Below, piece by piece: positions 9,790 to 17,656 of a stretch of 64,000 nt of DNA. Source of the stretch: Candidatus Dormiibacterota bacterium (GTDB lineage: Bacteria > Acidobacteriota > Polarisedimenticolia > Gp22-AA2); the NCBI GenBank assembly GCA_035635555.1, contig DASQAT010000028.1:7885-71884 (forward strand). The letters run 5' to 3'. Within the stretch, counting starts at the first letter, position 1; every line of letters begins with the position of its first letter. Under the pieces are notes generated by a model. It was not told where the DNA came from. It was given only the letters and a program-made list of their open reading frames with translations, and did not search any database. The translations under genes were made by a program, and so were the position numbers.

Positions 9790-11804
9790 CGGGCGCCGGT
9801 GCGCGCGGGCGCGACCGCGGCGCCCTCGCTGTGCCGCACGCGCGGCAGGGCCTTCTCGATGTCGAAGCGGGGGTCGTTCTTCTGGTCGTGGCAGGCGGCG
9901 CAGACGCCCTGGATGATGCAGAAGGAGCACTGATCGGTGATGCCGTAGATGGTCGCCTTCTTGAGACCGGCCGGTGCCTTGACGTGGTCGTCCCCCGGCC
10001 CGTGGCAGACCTCGCACTGGACGTTCGTCATCCGGTTGTCCGACTTCTTCGCGGCCGGGTCGGCGAAGCCTCCCTTGTGACCCAGCCCGGTGGTGTGGCA
10101 CGGGGTGCAGGATCTGTCGTAGCCGCGGCCGGCCTGCAGGATCGCGGCGAAGGCCCCGGCGTGAGGCGTCCTGCTCCACTGCTCGTACTCCTTGAGGTGG
10201 CAATCGTGGCAGGCATCGGCGCCGACGTAGGCCACTCCCGACTTGAATTTTTCCAGCCGCCGGGTGTTGATCGCGTCGAGGCGCTGGCGCTGCTCGTCGC
10301 TGTACTTGAAGAGCCTGTCGAGGTCGGGATGGTCCTGGTGCGCGACCAGGGCCAGGGCCTCGTCCGGATCGAAGTTCAGGACGAACTTGCCGGTGTGGCA
10401 GGTGAGGCAGACCTTCTTCATGGCGTCGGGACCGTTCGCGGCGGCGGCCGCGCCCTTCGGGTGCCCGCCGCCCGGGCCGTGGCAGACCTCGCACTGCACG
10501 TTGACCCTGTGGCTCGTCGACTCGGGATCCGCGAACCCGCCGGGGCGGCCGCGGCCGGTGACATGGCACCCGACGCACTCGGGATCGCGCCATTTCTCGC
10601 CCTTGTCGAGGCTGTCCCAGGCGATGCTGTGCGGCGTGAGCAGCCAGTCGTCGTACTCGCGCTCGTGGCAGGCGCGGCACACGCCGTCGCCCGCGTAGCG
10701 TCCCACCGGCAGTGCGGCGGCCACGGCCGCGGGCGCTTCACCCAGAAGCAGGCGCAGCTCCAGGCGCGTGATCTCGGCGCGGTCCTCCCGGTCGCCGTGC
10801 TCGCGGAAGCGGATGAAGCCGTCCTTGTCGATGAACACGGTGTCGGGCGTGCGGGCCGAGTCGTACTGACCGAAGATGGCGCGCCCGGCGTCGATGACCA
10901 CCGGGTAGTCGATGCGGTGCTCCTCCATGAACTGGCGCATCCGCCCCTCGGCGTTCCGCGCGGCGATCCCGATGGCCGCGACACCCCGACTCCGGAACTC
11001 CTTCAGGACCGGCACGAGGAGAGGCAGGTCCTTCTGGCAGTGCGGGCAGTCCTGGTCGAAGAAATTGAGCACGACGACCCGCCCCCTGAGAGCCGCGAGA
11101 TCGATCGTCTTCCCGTCGATGGCCCGGGCGGTCCACACCGGGGCGCGCGGGTGCGCGGTGTAGTTCAGGTCGAGCGCCCCTCCCTTGTCGGAGGTGAATT
11201 GCGGCAGCCGGCGCAGGGCCTCCATCGTGGCCACGAGGCGCGGCTGGAACATCCGGCCCAGGTACCCTTCCATCCGGAAACGCACGATGCCGTCCGAGTC
11301 GATCAGCACGACGGTGGGGACGTCGCCGATGCCGTACGACGAGGCGATCGGCCCGGGGTCCCGGAGGATCGGCAGGGTGACGCGCTGGATCGTGATGAAC
11401 TCCTTGATCCGCTCCATCGACTCGCGCGCGATCCCCAGGAACACGATCGGGCGGTAGGACGCGTCGTCGCGGAAACGGCTGAACTCGCGGGCCAGGTCGG
11501 GGGCGAACGAAGCGCCGGGGCGGAAGAACAGCAAAGCGACCGGCTTGTCCTTCAGGCTCGACAGCGGCAGCCAGGGACCCGAGGGGTCCTGCGCCGCGAA
11601 GTCGGGCGCCTTCTGTCCGGCCATCGGGTGGGTCAGCCCCTCGTTCGTGCCGACGGAGGAGGGGCCTTGCGAGCCGCCGCAGTGCATGACGAGCGCCGCG
11701 CACAGCGCCATGGCCGCCGCCCCCTTGGGCGGTGCCGGGCAGTAGGATCGTCTCTGGGCCATGCGGTTCACGGAGTCTGCGAGAATGTGCGGGCCTGACT
11801 GCAA
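9786..11804 (-). CDS. Periplasmic fusion protein: two TlpA/redoxin-like thioredoxin-fold domains (the first lacks CxxC; the second has CPHC) followed by an ~8-heme cytochrome c554-like multiheme domain
   Basis: Eight CxxCH motifs (CRACH, CVGCH, CEVCH, CLTCH, CHDCH, CTPCH, CEVCH, CAACH) sit in an internally duplicated C-terminal half. Two redoxin-like domains precede them (…VVVLNFFDQDCPHCQKDLP…). The N-terminus looks like a signal or lipoprotein sequence (MALCAALVMHCGGS). The start could instead be the ATG at ~11760. Confidence 0.75.
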   Translation of the reverse strand: MQSGPHILADSVNRMAQRRSYCPAPPKGAAAMALCAALVMHCGGSQGPSSVGTNEGLTHPMAGQKAPDFAAQDPSGPWLPLSSLKDKPVALLFFRPGASFAPDLAREFSRFRDDASYRPIVFLGIARESMERIKEFITIQRVTLPILRDPGPIASSYGIGDVPTVVLIDSDGIVRFRMEGYLGRMFQPRLVATMEALRRLPQFTSDKGGALDLNYTAHPRAPVWTARAIDGKTIDLAALRGRVVVLNFFDQDCPHCQKDLPLLVPVLKEFRSRGVAAIGIAARNAEGRMRQFMEEHRIDYPVVIDAGRAIFGQYDSARTPDTVFIDKDGFIRFREHGDREDRAEITRLELRLLLGEAPAAVAAALPVGRYAGDGVCRACHEREYDDWLLTPHSIAWDSLDKGEKWRDPECVGCHVTGRGRPGGFADPESTSHRVNVQCEVCHGPGGGHPKGAAAAANGPDAMKKVCLTCHTGKFVLNFDPDEALALVAHQDHPDLDRLFKYSDEQRQRLDAINTRRLEKFKSGVAYVGADACHDCHLKEYEQWSRTPHAGAFAAILQAGRGYDRSCTPCHTTGLGHKGGFADPAAKKSDNRMTNVQCEVCHGPGDDHVKAPAGLKKATIYGITDQCSFCIIQGVCAACHDQKNDPRFDIEKALPRVRHSEGAAVAPARTGAR

Positions 11805-11941
11805 AGGCCGGCCAGTATAAGCGCAGGGCGGGGTCGGGTCAAACGGCCGACCGGGCCCCGCGGCGGACCGGTCGCGCGACGCCCGGAGCGCCCCAAGAGT
11901 GCTAGACTCGCGCGCGAACCGCCGGGGACGAGGAGGATCTC

Positions 11942-12574
11942 TTGCAAAACGCCATCGGGGAAAAAGCGCGAAGTCTTCTCAAGATCACCGTGGGGGTCAT
12001 GGGATCGGCCGGCGGCCATATCAGCGACGCGGCGGCCAGGATGGCGACCGAGATGGGGCGGATCATCGCCGCCCGCGGCTGCGTCCTGGTCACGGGTGCC
12101 TGTCCCGGCCTGCCGCACGACGCCGTGAAAGGGGCGAAGTCGGCCGGAGGGATCGTGGTCGGCATCTCCCCGGCCCTGAATTTCGAGGAGCACTGCATCA
12201 AGTATCACTCGCCGTACGAGGGGTACGACATGCTCGTGTACACCGGCAGCGGCCTCATGGGACGCGAGATCGAGAACATCCGGTCCTGCGACCTCGTGGT
12301 GTTCATGGGGGGGCGGTCCGGGACGCTCGGCGAGTTCGCCATCGCCTACGACGAGGGGAAGGTGATCGGAATCCTGCAGGGGACGGGAGGGATCGCCGAC
12401 CGCATGGACACGATCGTCAAGCTCGTCGAGAAGGAGACGGGGGCGCACATCATCTACAGCCACAAACCGGAGGACCTGCTCGACAAACTCATCCAGGTCT
12501 ACAACGAGAAGCTGCTCCCTTACTACAAGACGATCCTGGCCAACAGCCCCCCGGACGGCAAACCCGAGGATTAG
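11942..12574 (+). CDS. LOG-family (TIGR00725) protein, putative cytokinin riboside 5'-monophosphate phosphoribohydrolase / nucleotide-binding Rossmann protein
   Basis: It has the GGRSGTLGE motif (PGGxGTxxE of the LOG family). A strong GAGGAGG RBS lies 8 nt upstream of the TTG start at 11942. An alternative ATG occurs at ~12000. Confidence 0.75.
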   Translation: MQNAIGEKARSLLKITVGVMGSAGGHISDAAARMATEMGRIIAARGCVLVTGACPGLPHDAVKGAKSAGGIVVGISPALNFEEHCIKYHSPYEGYDMLVYTGSGLMGREIENIRSCDLVVFMGGRSGTLGEFAIAYDEGKVIGILQGTGGIADRMDTIVKLVEKETGAHIIYSHKPEDLLDKLIQVYNEKLLPYYKTILANSPPDGKPED

Positions 12575-12583
12575 GAGGACGCC

Positions 12584-12889
12584 ATGGCGGAATTCGTGAA
12601 AGTGGCCAGCCTTTCCGAGCTGCCGCACGGCTCGGCGAAGGCCGTGGAGGTTGCGGGAAAGGCGGTCGCGCTGTACAACCTCGGCGGCGAGGTCTACGCG
12701 ACCGAAAACACCTGCCCGCACCGGGGCGGGCCTCTGGGGGAAGGGGACCTGGAGGCCCAGGTCATCACCTGTCCCTGGCATGGCTTCCAATACGACGTGA
12801 AGACCGGCACGTGTCTCACCAACGCGGCACTGAGCCTCGGCTGCCACAAGGTTCGGCTCGAGGGGGACAGCATCCTGGTCGAGGTGTAG
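12584..12889 (+). CDS. Rieske (2Fe-2S) ferredoxin-like protein (NirD / small oxygenase ferredoxin subunit type)
   Basis: CPHRGGPL ... CPWHGFQYD are the two Rieske ligand boxes CxH…CxxH. It starts 10 nt after the LOG stop. Confidence 0.8.
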   Translation: MAEFVKVASLSELPHGSAKAVEVAGKAVALYNLGGEVYATENTCPHRGGPLGEGDLEAQVITCPWHGFQYDVKTGTCLTNAALSLGCHKVRLEGDSILVEV

Positions 12890-12917
12890 GGGGGTGGGAA
12901 GTCGTCGGGGGCTCCTC

Positions 12918-12923
12918 TATAAT
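12918..12923 (+). promoter_or_regulatory. Candidate -10 box (perfect TATAAT) upstream of the secreted-protein gene
   Basis: A perfect TATAAT hexamer is unusual in ~70% GC DNA. It lies ~30 nt upstream of the ATG at 12954. Only a weak -35 (TGGGAA) is present. Confidence 0.25.
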
Positions 12924-12953
12924 TTGAGGCGGCATCGTGACGACGAGGAAGGG

Positions 12954-13514
12954 ATGCGGGGTTCGCTGCGGGCTGGATGGTGGGTGACGGGGGCGCTCTC
13001 GCTCGCCCTCATGCTCTCCGGCTCCACCGTCCATGCCGCCATCCTGATCAATCCGCAGGGCTGGAAATTTCCCAACATCGTCACGGCCAAGAAGGAAGTG
13101 ATCCGGGTCTCGGATGAGACGTCGCTCATCCCGGGGAAGGAGACCCTTCTGAAGGGGTACCGCAAGGCGGACGGGACCTTCTTCCTCACCTTCGAGATCG
13201 AAGGGAGGGTCTTCGGAGTGGAGGTCGATACGGACGGCAAGCCGCCGTTCGAGTACGGGATCATGGATGCCGACGGCGACGGCAAGTTCGAGACGAAGAT
13301 CGTCCCGGAGAAGGGGAGCAACGACAAAGGATACGTGCCGCAGTGGGTCGTCGACTACTACTACTCGAAGCACCCCGAGCTGAAAGAGCCGTCCGGCCCC
13401 GTCAAGCCCGGACCCCCGAGTCTTGCCTCCGCCCCCAGGCCGGAGGCGAGCCCGGCGCCGCCCGAGAAGTTGCTCATCCCGCCGCCCGAGATCGTCGGTC
13501 AGCCCAGTCCTTAG
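12954..13514 (+). CDS. Secreted hypothetical protein (Pro-rich C-terminal tail)
   Basis: Start reassigned to MRGSLRAGWWVTGALSLALMLSGSTVHA (signal peptide), with a GAGGAAGGG RBS. No recognisable catalytic motif. Confidence 0.55.
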   Translation: MRGSLRAGWWVTGALSLALMLSGSTVHAAILINPQGWKFPNIVTAKKEVIRVSDETSLIPGKETLLKGYRKADGTFFLTFEIEGRVFGVEVDTDGKPPFEYGIMDADGDGKFETKIVPEKGSNDKGYVPQWVVDYYYSKHPELKEPSGPVKPGPPSLASAPRPEASPAPPEKLLIPPPEIVGQPSP

Positions 13515-13529
13515 AAAAACCTCCGCGCC

Positions 13530-15257
13530 TCAAGGCTCGCGCACGGTGTGGTAGCGGTCTATCGCCAGCCCGGTCAGGACCTGCACCGGCCCGCGCGGCC
13601 ACCTGATCTCGACGCGTTCGACGCTCGTCGAGGCCCCGAGCCCGAAGTGCAGGCGCGGGTCGTTCGAGGAGTTGTGCGACGAGCCGGCGTGGATCTCCTC
13701 CACCTGCCGCAGGGATCCGGCGCGGACCACGACGCGCGCGCCCACGGCGCCGCGGTTGCGCGGGCCGCCGATGAGACGGAAGCCGATCCAGTGGCCGGCG
13801 TTGCCGCCGTCGTTTCGCAGGAGGGAGGGCGGCTCGTCGATGTTGTTGACGACGATGTCGATGTCGCCGTCATCGTCGAGGTCCCCGAACGCCGCCCCGC
13901 GTGCGCTGTGCAGCTCCTGGAACCCCGGCCCCGCCTCGTTCGTCACCTCGCGGAACCGGCCGTCCCCCTCGTTGTGGAACAGCTGGTTGTGCTGCTTCCA
14001 GGTGGTTCCCAGGTGCCGGTCGTCGATGTTGGGAAAGACGTGCCCGTTGGCGATGAAGATGTCGCGCCGGCCGTCGTTGTCGTAGTCCAGGAAGCCGACG
14101 CCCCAGCCGAGGGTCGGCAGGGTCGCCAGTCCGATTCCGGAGGCCATCGACACGTCCGTGAACGTCAGCGATCCGTCGTTGTGCCTCAGGGTGGAGTAGT
14201 CGTGCGAGAAGTTGGTGACGATGAGATCGAGCAGACCGTCGTTGTCGTAGTCGCCCGCGTCCACGCCCATGCCGGACTGCGTCCGGCCTTCCTCGGTGTA
14301 GCCGGCGCCCGAGACGGCGCCGATCTCGGTGAAGCGCCCGTGGCCGTCGTTGCGGTACAGCCAGTTGGGCGTCGTGTCGTTGGCGACGAACAGGTCGAGG
14401 TCCCCGTCGAGATCGAGATCCGACCAGACGGCGCCGAGTCCGTAGCCGGTCGGCACGGTCACCAGGCCCGAGCCGCGCGTCACGTCGCGGAACACGCCGT
14501 TCCCGTCGTTGTGGAACAGGTGGCCGATGGAGGGCTCGAGCCCTCCCGGCCCGCAGATGACCGGAGCCCCCTTGTAGGAGCAGTTCTTCAGGGAGCCGGG
14601 ACGCGGAAGCGGCGGGCTCGACGCGTCGTAATCGAGATAGTGGGACACGTACAGGTCGAGTCGTCCGTCGCCGTCGTAGTCCCCGAAGGCGGCGCCCGTG
14701 CTCCAGCCTCGCCCCTTCAGCCCCGAGGACGCGGTGACGTCCTTGAATCGTCCCCCCCCAAGACCGTGGTACAGGATGTACCGCCCGAAGCCGGTCACGA
14801 ACAGGTCGACCTTGCCGTCGTCGTCGTAGTCGCCGAACACGCACCCCTGGGCCCAGTAGCCCGGTGCGGCGACCCCCGCCCTGGCGGTGATGTCTTCGAA
14901 CGTCCCGTCTCCCTTGTTGCGATACAGAGCGGAGCGCGGCTCCTGGCCGGCCGGGAACGGGCGGGTCCGCGAGCCGTTGGGGAGGAAGACGTCGATCTTC
15001 CCGTCGTCGTCCACGTCGTACAGGCAGACGCCGTTGCCGACCGTCTCGTCGATGGTGGTCTTGCGGACCTCGCCGCTGACGTTCTGGAGCGTCAGACCCG
15101 CGGCAGGTGCCATGTTGGCGAAGCGGACGGAGGAAGGGGCGGGCGTCCCCGCGGCCGCGGCCGGGCGCGCGCAGGACCCTGCGGCCAGCGCGGCCAGAAG
15201 GAGCGTGCCGGCGCCTGCCGCCAGGCGGCTTTCAGTCGGCGGTCGCAACGCCCTCAT
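13530..15257 (-). CDS. CRTAC1-family protein (FG-GAP/VCBS beta-propeller repeats plus ASPIC/UnbV C-terminal domain)
   Basis: Repeated FG-GAP-like units (…DYDDDGKVDLFVTGFG…, …DYDGDGRLDLYVSHY…, …DLDLDGDLDLFVAND…, …DYDNDGLLDLIVTNF…) and a C-terminal UnbV_ASPIC-like region. The start is set at the MRALRPP… signal peptide. It overlaps the upstream TPR gene by ~26 nt. Confidence 0.75.
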   Translation of the reverse strand: MRALRPPTESRLAAGAGTLLLAALAAGSCARPAAAAGTPAPSSVRFANMAPAAGLTLQNVSGEVRKTTIDETVGNGVCLYDVDDDGKIDVFLPNGSRTRPFPAGQEPRSALYRNKGDGTFEDITARAGVAAPGYWAQGCVFGDYDDDGKVDLFVTGFGRYILYHGLGGGRFKDVTASSGLKGRGWSTGAAFGDYDGDGRLDLYVSHYLDYDASSPPLPRPGSLKNCSYKGAPVICGPGGLEPSIGHLFHNDGNGVFRDVTRGSGLVTVPTGYGLGAVWSDLDLDGDLDLFVANDTTPNWLYRNDGHGRFTEIGAVSGAGYTEEGRTQSGMGVDAGDYDNDGLLDLIVTNFSHDYSTLRHNDGSLTFTDVSMASGIGLATLPTLGWGVGFLDYDNDGRRDIFIANGHVFPNIDDRHLGTTWKQHNQLFHNEGDGRFREVTNEAGPGFQELHSARGAAFGDLDDDGDIDIVVNNIDEPPSLLRNDGGNAGHWIGFRLIGGPRNRGAVGARVVVRAGSLRQVEEIHAGSSHNSSNDPRLHFGLGASTSVERVEIRWPRGPVQVLTGLAIDRYHTVREP

Positions 15258-16491
15258 GCTTGCTCTCACGCTGCTTCTTGAGAAGCTCGCCATGCACCGC
15301 GAGCTCGCGCTCGGCCTCCTCCTTGCGCCCGATCTTCCGCAGGGACCGGGCCAGCGCGTAGTGCGCCTTGGGGTTGTCGGCCTTGAGCTCGACGGAGCGG
15401 CGGAAGCGGGCGATCGCCTCATTCGTCTTGCCGCGGGCGGCGAGGATCATTCCGATGGAGTAGTGGGCGTACGGATCGAAGGGGGCCAGACGGACCGCCT
15501 CTTCGAACTCGTGCAGCGCCTCGTCGTCGCGGCCCTGGGTGTCGTAGGTCCTCCCCAGGTAGAAATGGGCCTCGGCGTTCCCCGGGGCGATCTCGAGGGC
15601 GCGCTTCAGGGCGGCCGCCGCGTCGTCGAACCGCAGCCACTCGCGCTCGTGCTTGCCCAGCTGGACGTAGATGCGCGGATCGCGGAGACCACGGTCGAGG
15701 GCCGCCTTCAGGACCGTCTCGGCGTCGCGCGGATCGCCGTAGCTGTCGAGCGCGGCGGCATGGTTCACGACGAGCTGCGCGTTCCCGGGGTCGTCGGCCA
15801 GGGCGCGCTTCTGCAGATCCAGCCCCTCGCTGTACCGCTTCTGCCTGATGCGCACCTCCCCCAGGTACTGCAGCGCACGCGCCAGATCCGGCAGCAGCGA
15901 CACCGCCCGCTCGAGCCGCTCCGAGGCCTCGTCCAGACGTCCGGACTGGAAAGAGTGGATGCCGATCTCGGTCAGCGTCCCGGCGTCCCGCGGATTGACC
16001 GCCAGCTCCTTCTCCATCTGGTTGAGCATCTGCTCGACTCGGCCGGCGCGGGCGTGAATCTCGCCGATCCGGCGATGGACGCCGGGGCGCGACGGGTCGG
16101 TGGCGACGACCTGGCGCAGCTCCGGGAGCGCCTCGTCGTCCCGTTTCAGCGCCACCAGGACGTCGGCGCGCAGCAGCCGGGCGTCAGGGGAGGCGGGATC
16201 GATCTCGATGGCGCTGGCGGCCTCGGCGAGAGCATTCTCTTCGTTCCTGGCCGCGTGCCAGGCCAGCGCGAGCTCGTAGCGCGCCTTGAAATCGCGCGGA
16301 GAGCGCTTCACGAGGTCTGCGAGCAGAGCCGCCGCATCCGCGGGGCGCCCGCTGTCGCGCAACCGCCGCGCCTCTTCGATGGTCGCGGCGGGATTCGAAG
16401 CGCCGCAGCCCTGGGCGCCGCAAAGCGCCAGCAGGGCGCCGAGGAGGACAGAGGGGAGGGGGGACAAACCGGCGGCCGGCCTGCGAAGCAT
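15232..16491 (-). CDS. TPR-repeat lipoprotein
   Basis: MLRRPAAGLSPLPSVLLGALLALCGAQGC has a lipobox. Multiple 34-aa TPR units follow (AxxxLGxxYxxxGxxxEA patterns). Confidence 0.7.
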   Translation of the reverse strand: MLRRPAAGLSPLPSVLLGALLALCGAQGCGASNPAATIEEARRLRDSGRPADAAALLADLVKRSPRDFKARYELALAWHAARNEENALAEAASAIEIDPASPDARLLRADVLVALKRDDEALPELRQVVATDPSRPGVHRRIGEIHARAGRVEQMLNQMEKELAVNPRDAGTLTEIGIHSFQSGRLDEASERLERAVSLLPDLARALQYLGEVRIRQKRYSEGLDLQKRALADDPGNAQLVVNHAAALDSYGDPRDAETVLKAALDRGLRDPRIYVQLGKHEREWLRFDDAAAALKRALEIAPGNAEAHFYLGRTYDTQGRDDEALHEFEEAVRLAPFDPYAHYSIGMILAARGKTNEAIARFRRSVELKADNPKAHYALARSLRKIGRKEEAERELAVHGELLKKQRESKHEGVATAD

Positions 16492-16544
16492 GGGCGACGG
16501 ATCGTACCACACGCAACGACCGGCAGGCCGGGCCGCCGGGTGGT

Positions 16545-16745
16545 TCAGACCTTGCTGACGTTGGCCGCCTGCAGCCCTTTGGGTCCCTGGGTGGTCTCGA
16601 ACTCGACCGCCTGCCCCTCTTCCAGCGTCTTGTAGCCATCACCCTGGATGGCGGAGAAGTGGACGAAGATGTCCGTGCCGTCCTCCTGCGTGATGAAACC
16701 GTATCCCTTGCTGTTGTTGAACCACTTCACCTTGCCCTTGGCCAC
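16545..16745 (-). CDS. csp: Cold-shock protein (CspA family, single cold-shock domain)
   Basis: [50 protein letters not shown] contains the RNP1 (KGYGFI) and RNP2 (VFVHF-like) motifs. It uses a GTG start, with GAGGAGGG ~7 nt upstream. Confidence 0.9.
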   Translation of the reverse strand: MAKGKVKWFNNSKGYGFITQEDGTDIFVHFSAIQGDGYKTLEEGQAVEFETTQGPKGLQAANVSKV

Positions 16746-16766
16746 GGCGGACCCTCCTCACCGGAC

Positions 16767-16800
16767 AAAAAAAAGCCACAAAAGCCCCGGCTCTTGTGGT
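16767..16800 (-). terminator. Rho-independent terminator-like hairpin plus U-tract, between the upstream membrane-protein gene and csp
   Basis: On the minus strand, CCACAAGAGCCGGGGCTTTTGTGG forms a 6-bp stem and is followed by CTTTTTTTTG. It lies inside the 96-nt spacer before csp, so it may also act as an attenuator in the csp 5' leader. Confidence 0.5.
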
Positions 16801-16841
16801 CAGTCATCGGCCCTACTTAGTACCGCAGCGGACCGTCGTTG

Positions 16842-17549
16842 TCAACCGTCTTTTCGCTCGCGGGGCCCGGTGGGGGCTGCGTCCATGAGGTTGCGCTTGC
16901 GCTCGCGCAGCGACTGCAGCTCGCCGGCGACCTGCCTGAGGAGCACGAGCGCCCCCTCGCGGTTGCCCGATTCGAACTCGCGGGCGATCAGGCGCACCTG
17001 GCCCTCGACCCCCTGGAGGGAGCGGAGGTCCTGGTCGCACTCGTCGCGCAGCGCGCGCGTAGCGGAGTTGAAGGCCTCCTCCATCTCCTTGAAGTTGTCG
17101 TGCTTGCGCAGGGTGACGCGGGCGCCCCAGCGCCCTCCCTCGAGCTCGCGCAGGCCGCGCATCACCTTGTACACGACCCCCGCCGTCTTGTGGGTCTCGA
17201 GGATCTCGATGGCGAACACCGCGGCGACGAAGAACAGCCCGACGGCGACCAGGTAGAGGACCGATCGCATCTCTCCCGACGCCTTCGCGGCGACGAGCGT
17301 GGGGCCGGATTGCGCCAGGATGCGGGCGTTTTCGACGCTCAGCAGATGAAACAGGGCCCCGGCGAAGACCAGGAGGAAGGCCATCCCGAGGACCGCGATG
17401 ATCGCCGAGCGCACCTGGTAGGACGGGTCGACGACGTAGGTGCGGCGCCGGCCCAGGAGGCGGTCCATCAAGCGGGACAGGCGGCCGCGGGCGGACACGG
17501 CGGCCCGGTCGGTGCCGTCCATGAGGGTGTGGGGGTGGGACTCCATCAT
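16842..17549 (-). CDS. Hypothetical membrane protein (two TM helices, cytoplasmic coiled-coil tail)
   Basis: Two hydrophobic segments (AIIAVLGMAFLLVFAGALFHLL and VLYLVAVGLFFVAAVFAI) are followed by a charged helical region. No catalytic motif. Confidence 0.5.
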   Translation of the reverse strand: MMESHPHTLMDGTDRAAVSARGRLSRLMDRLLGRRRTYVVDPSYQVRSAIIAVLGMAFLLVFAGALFHLLSVENARILAQSGPTLVAAKASGEMRSVLYLVAVGLFFVAAVFAIEILETHKTAGVVYKVMRGLRELEGGRWGARVTLRKHDNFKEMEEAFNSATRALRDECDQDLRSLQGVEGQVRLIAREFESGNREGALVLLRQVAGELQSLRERKRNLMDAAPTGPRERKDG

Positions 17550-17656
17550 GTCTCCCGGGGCCGTCGCAGGGGCGGACCGACCCCTCGCCGCAATATAGGT
17601 CCCGGCGCCACCTGTGTCAAAATGGTCGAGCGCGTCCTGATACGAATGGAGGCCTG

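Noticed and set aside
8929-10680. 583-aa track ORF
   Set aside because: It is a chimera. Only the C-terminal 287 aa (EamA transporter, GTG start at 9789) are real. The N-terminal part is an out-of-frame overlap with the cytochrome gene.
9831-11798. 655-aa plus-strand ORF, and 10738..11703 minus ORF
   Set aside because: Low-complexity Arg/Gly-rich translations overlapping the motif-rich redoxin-cytochrome gene in other frames.
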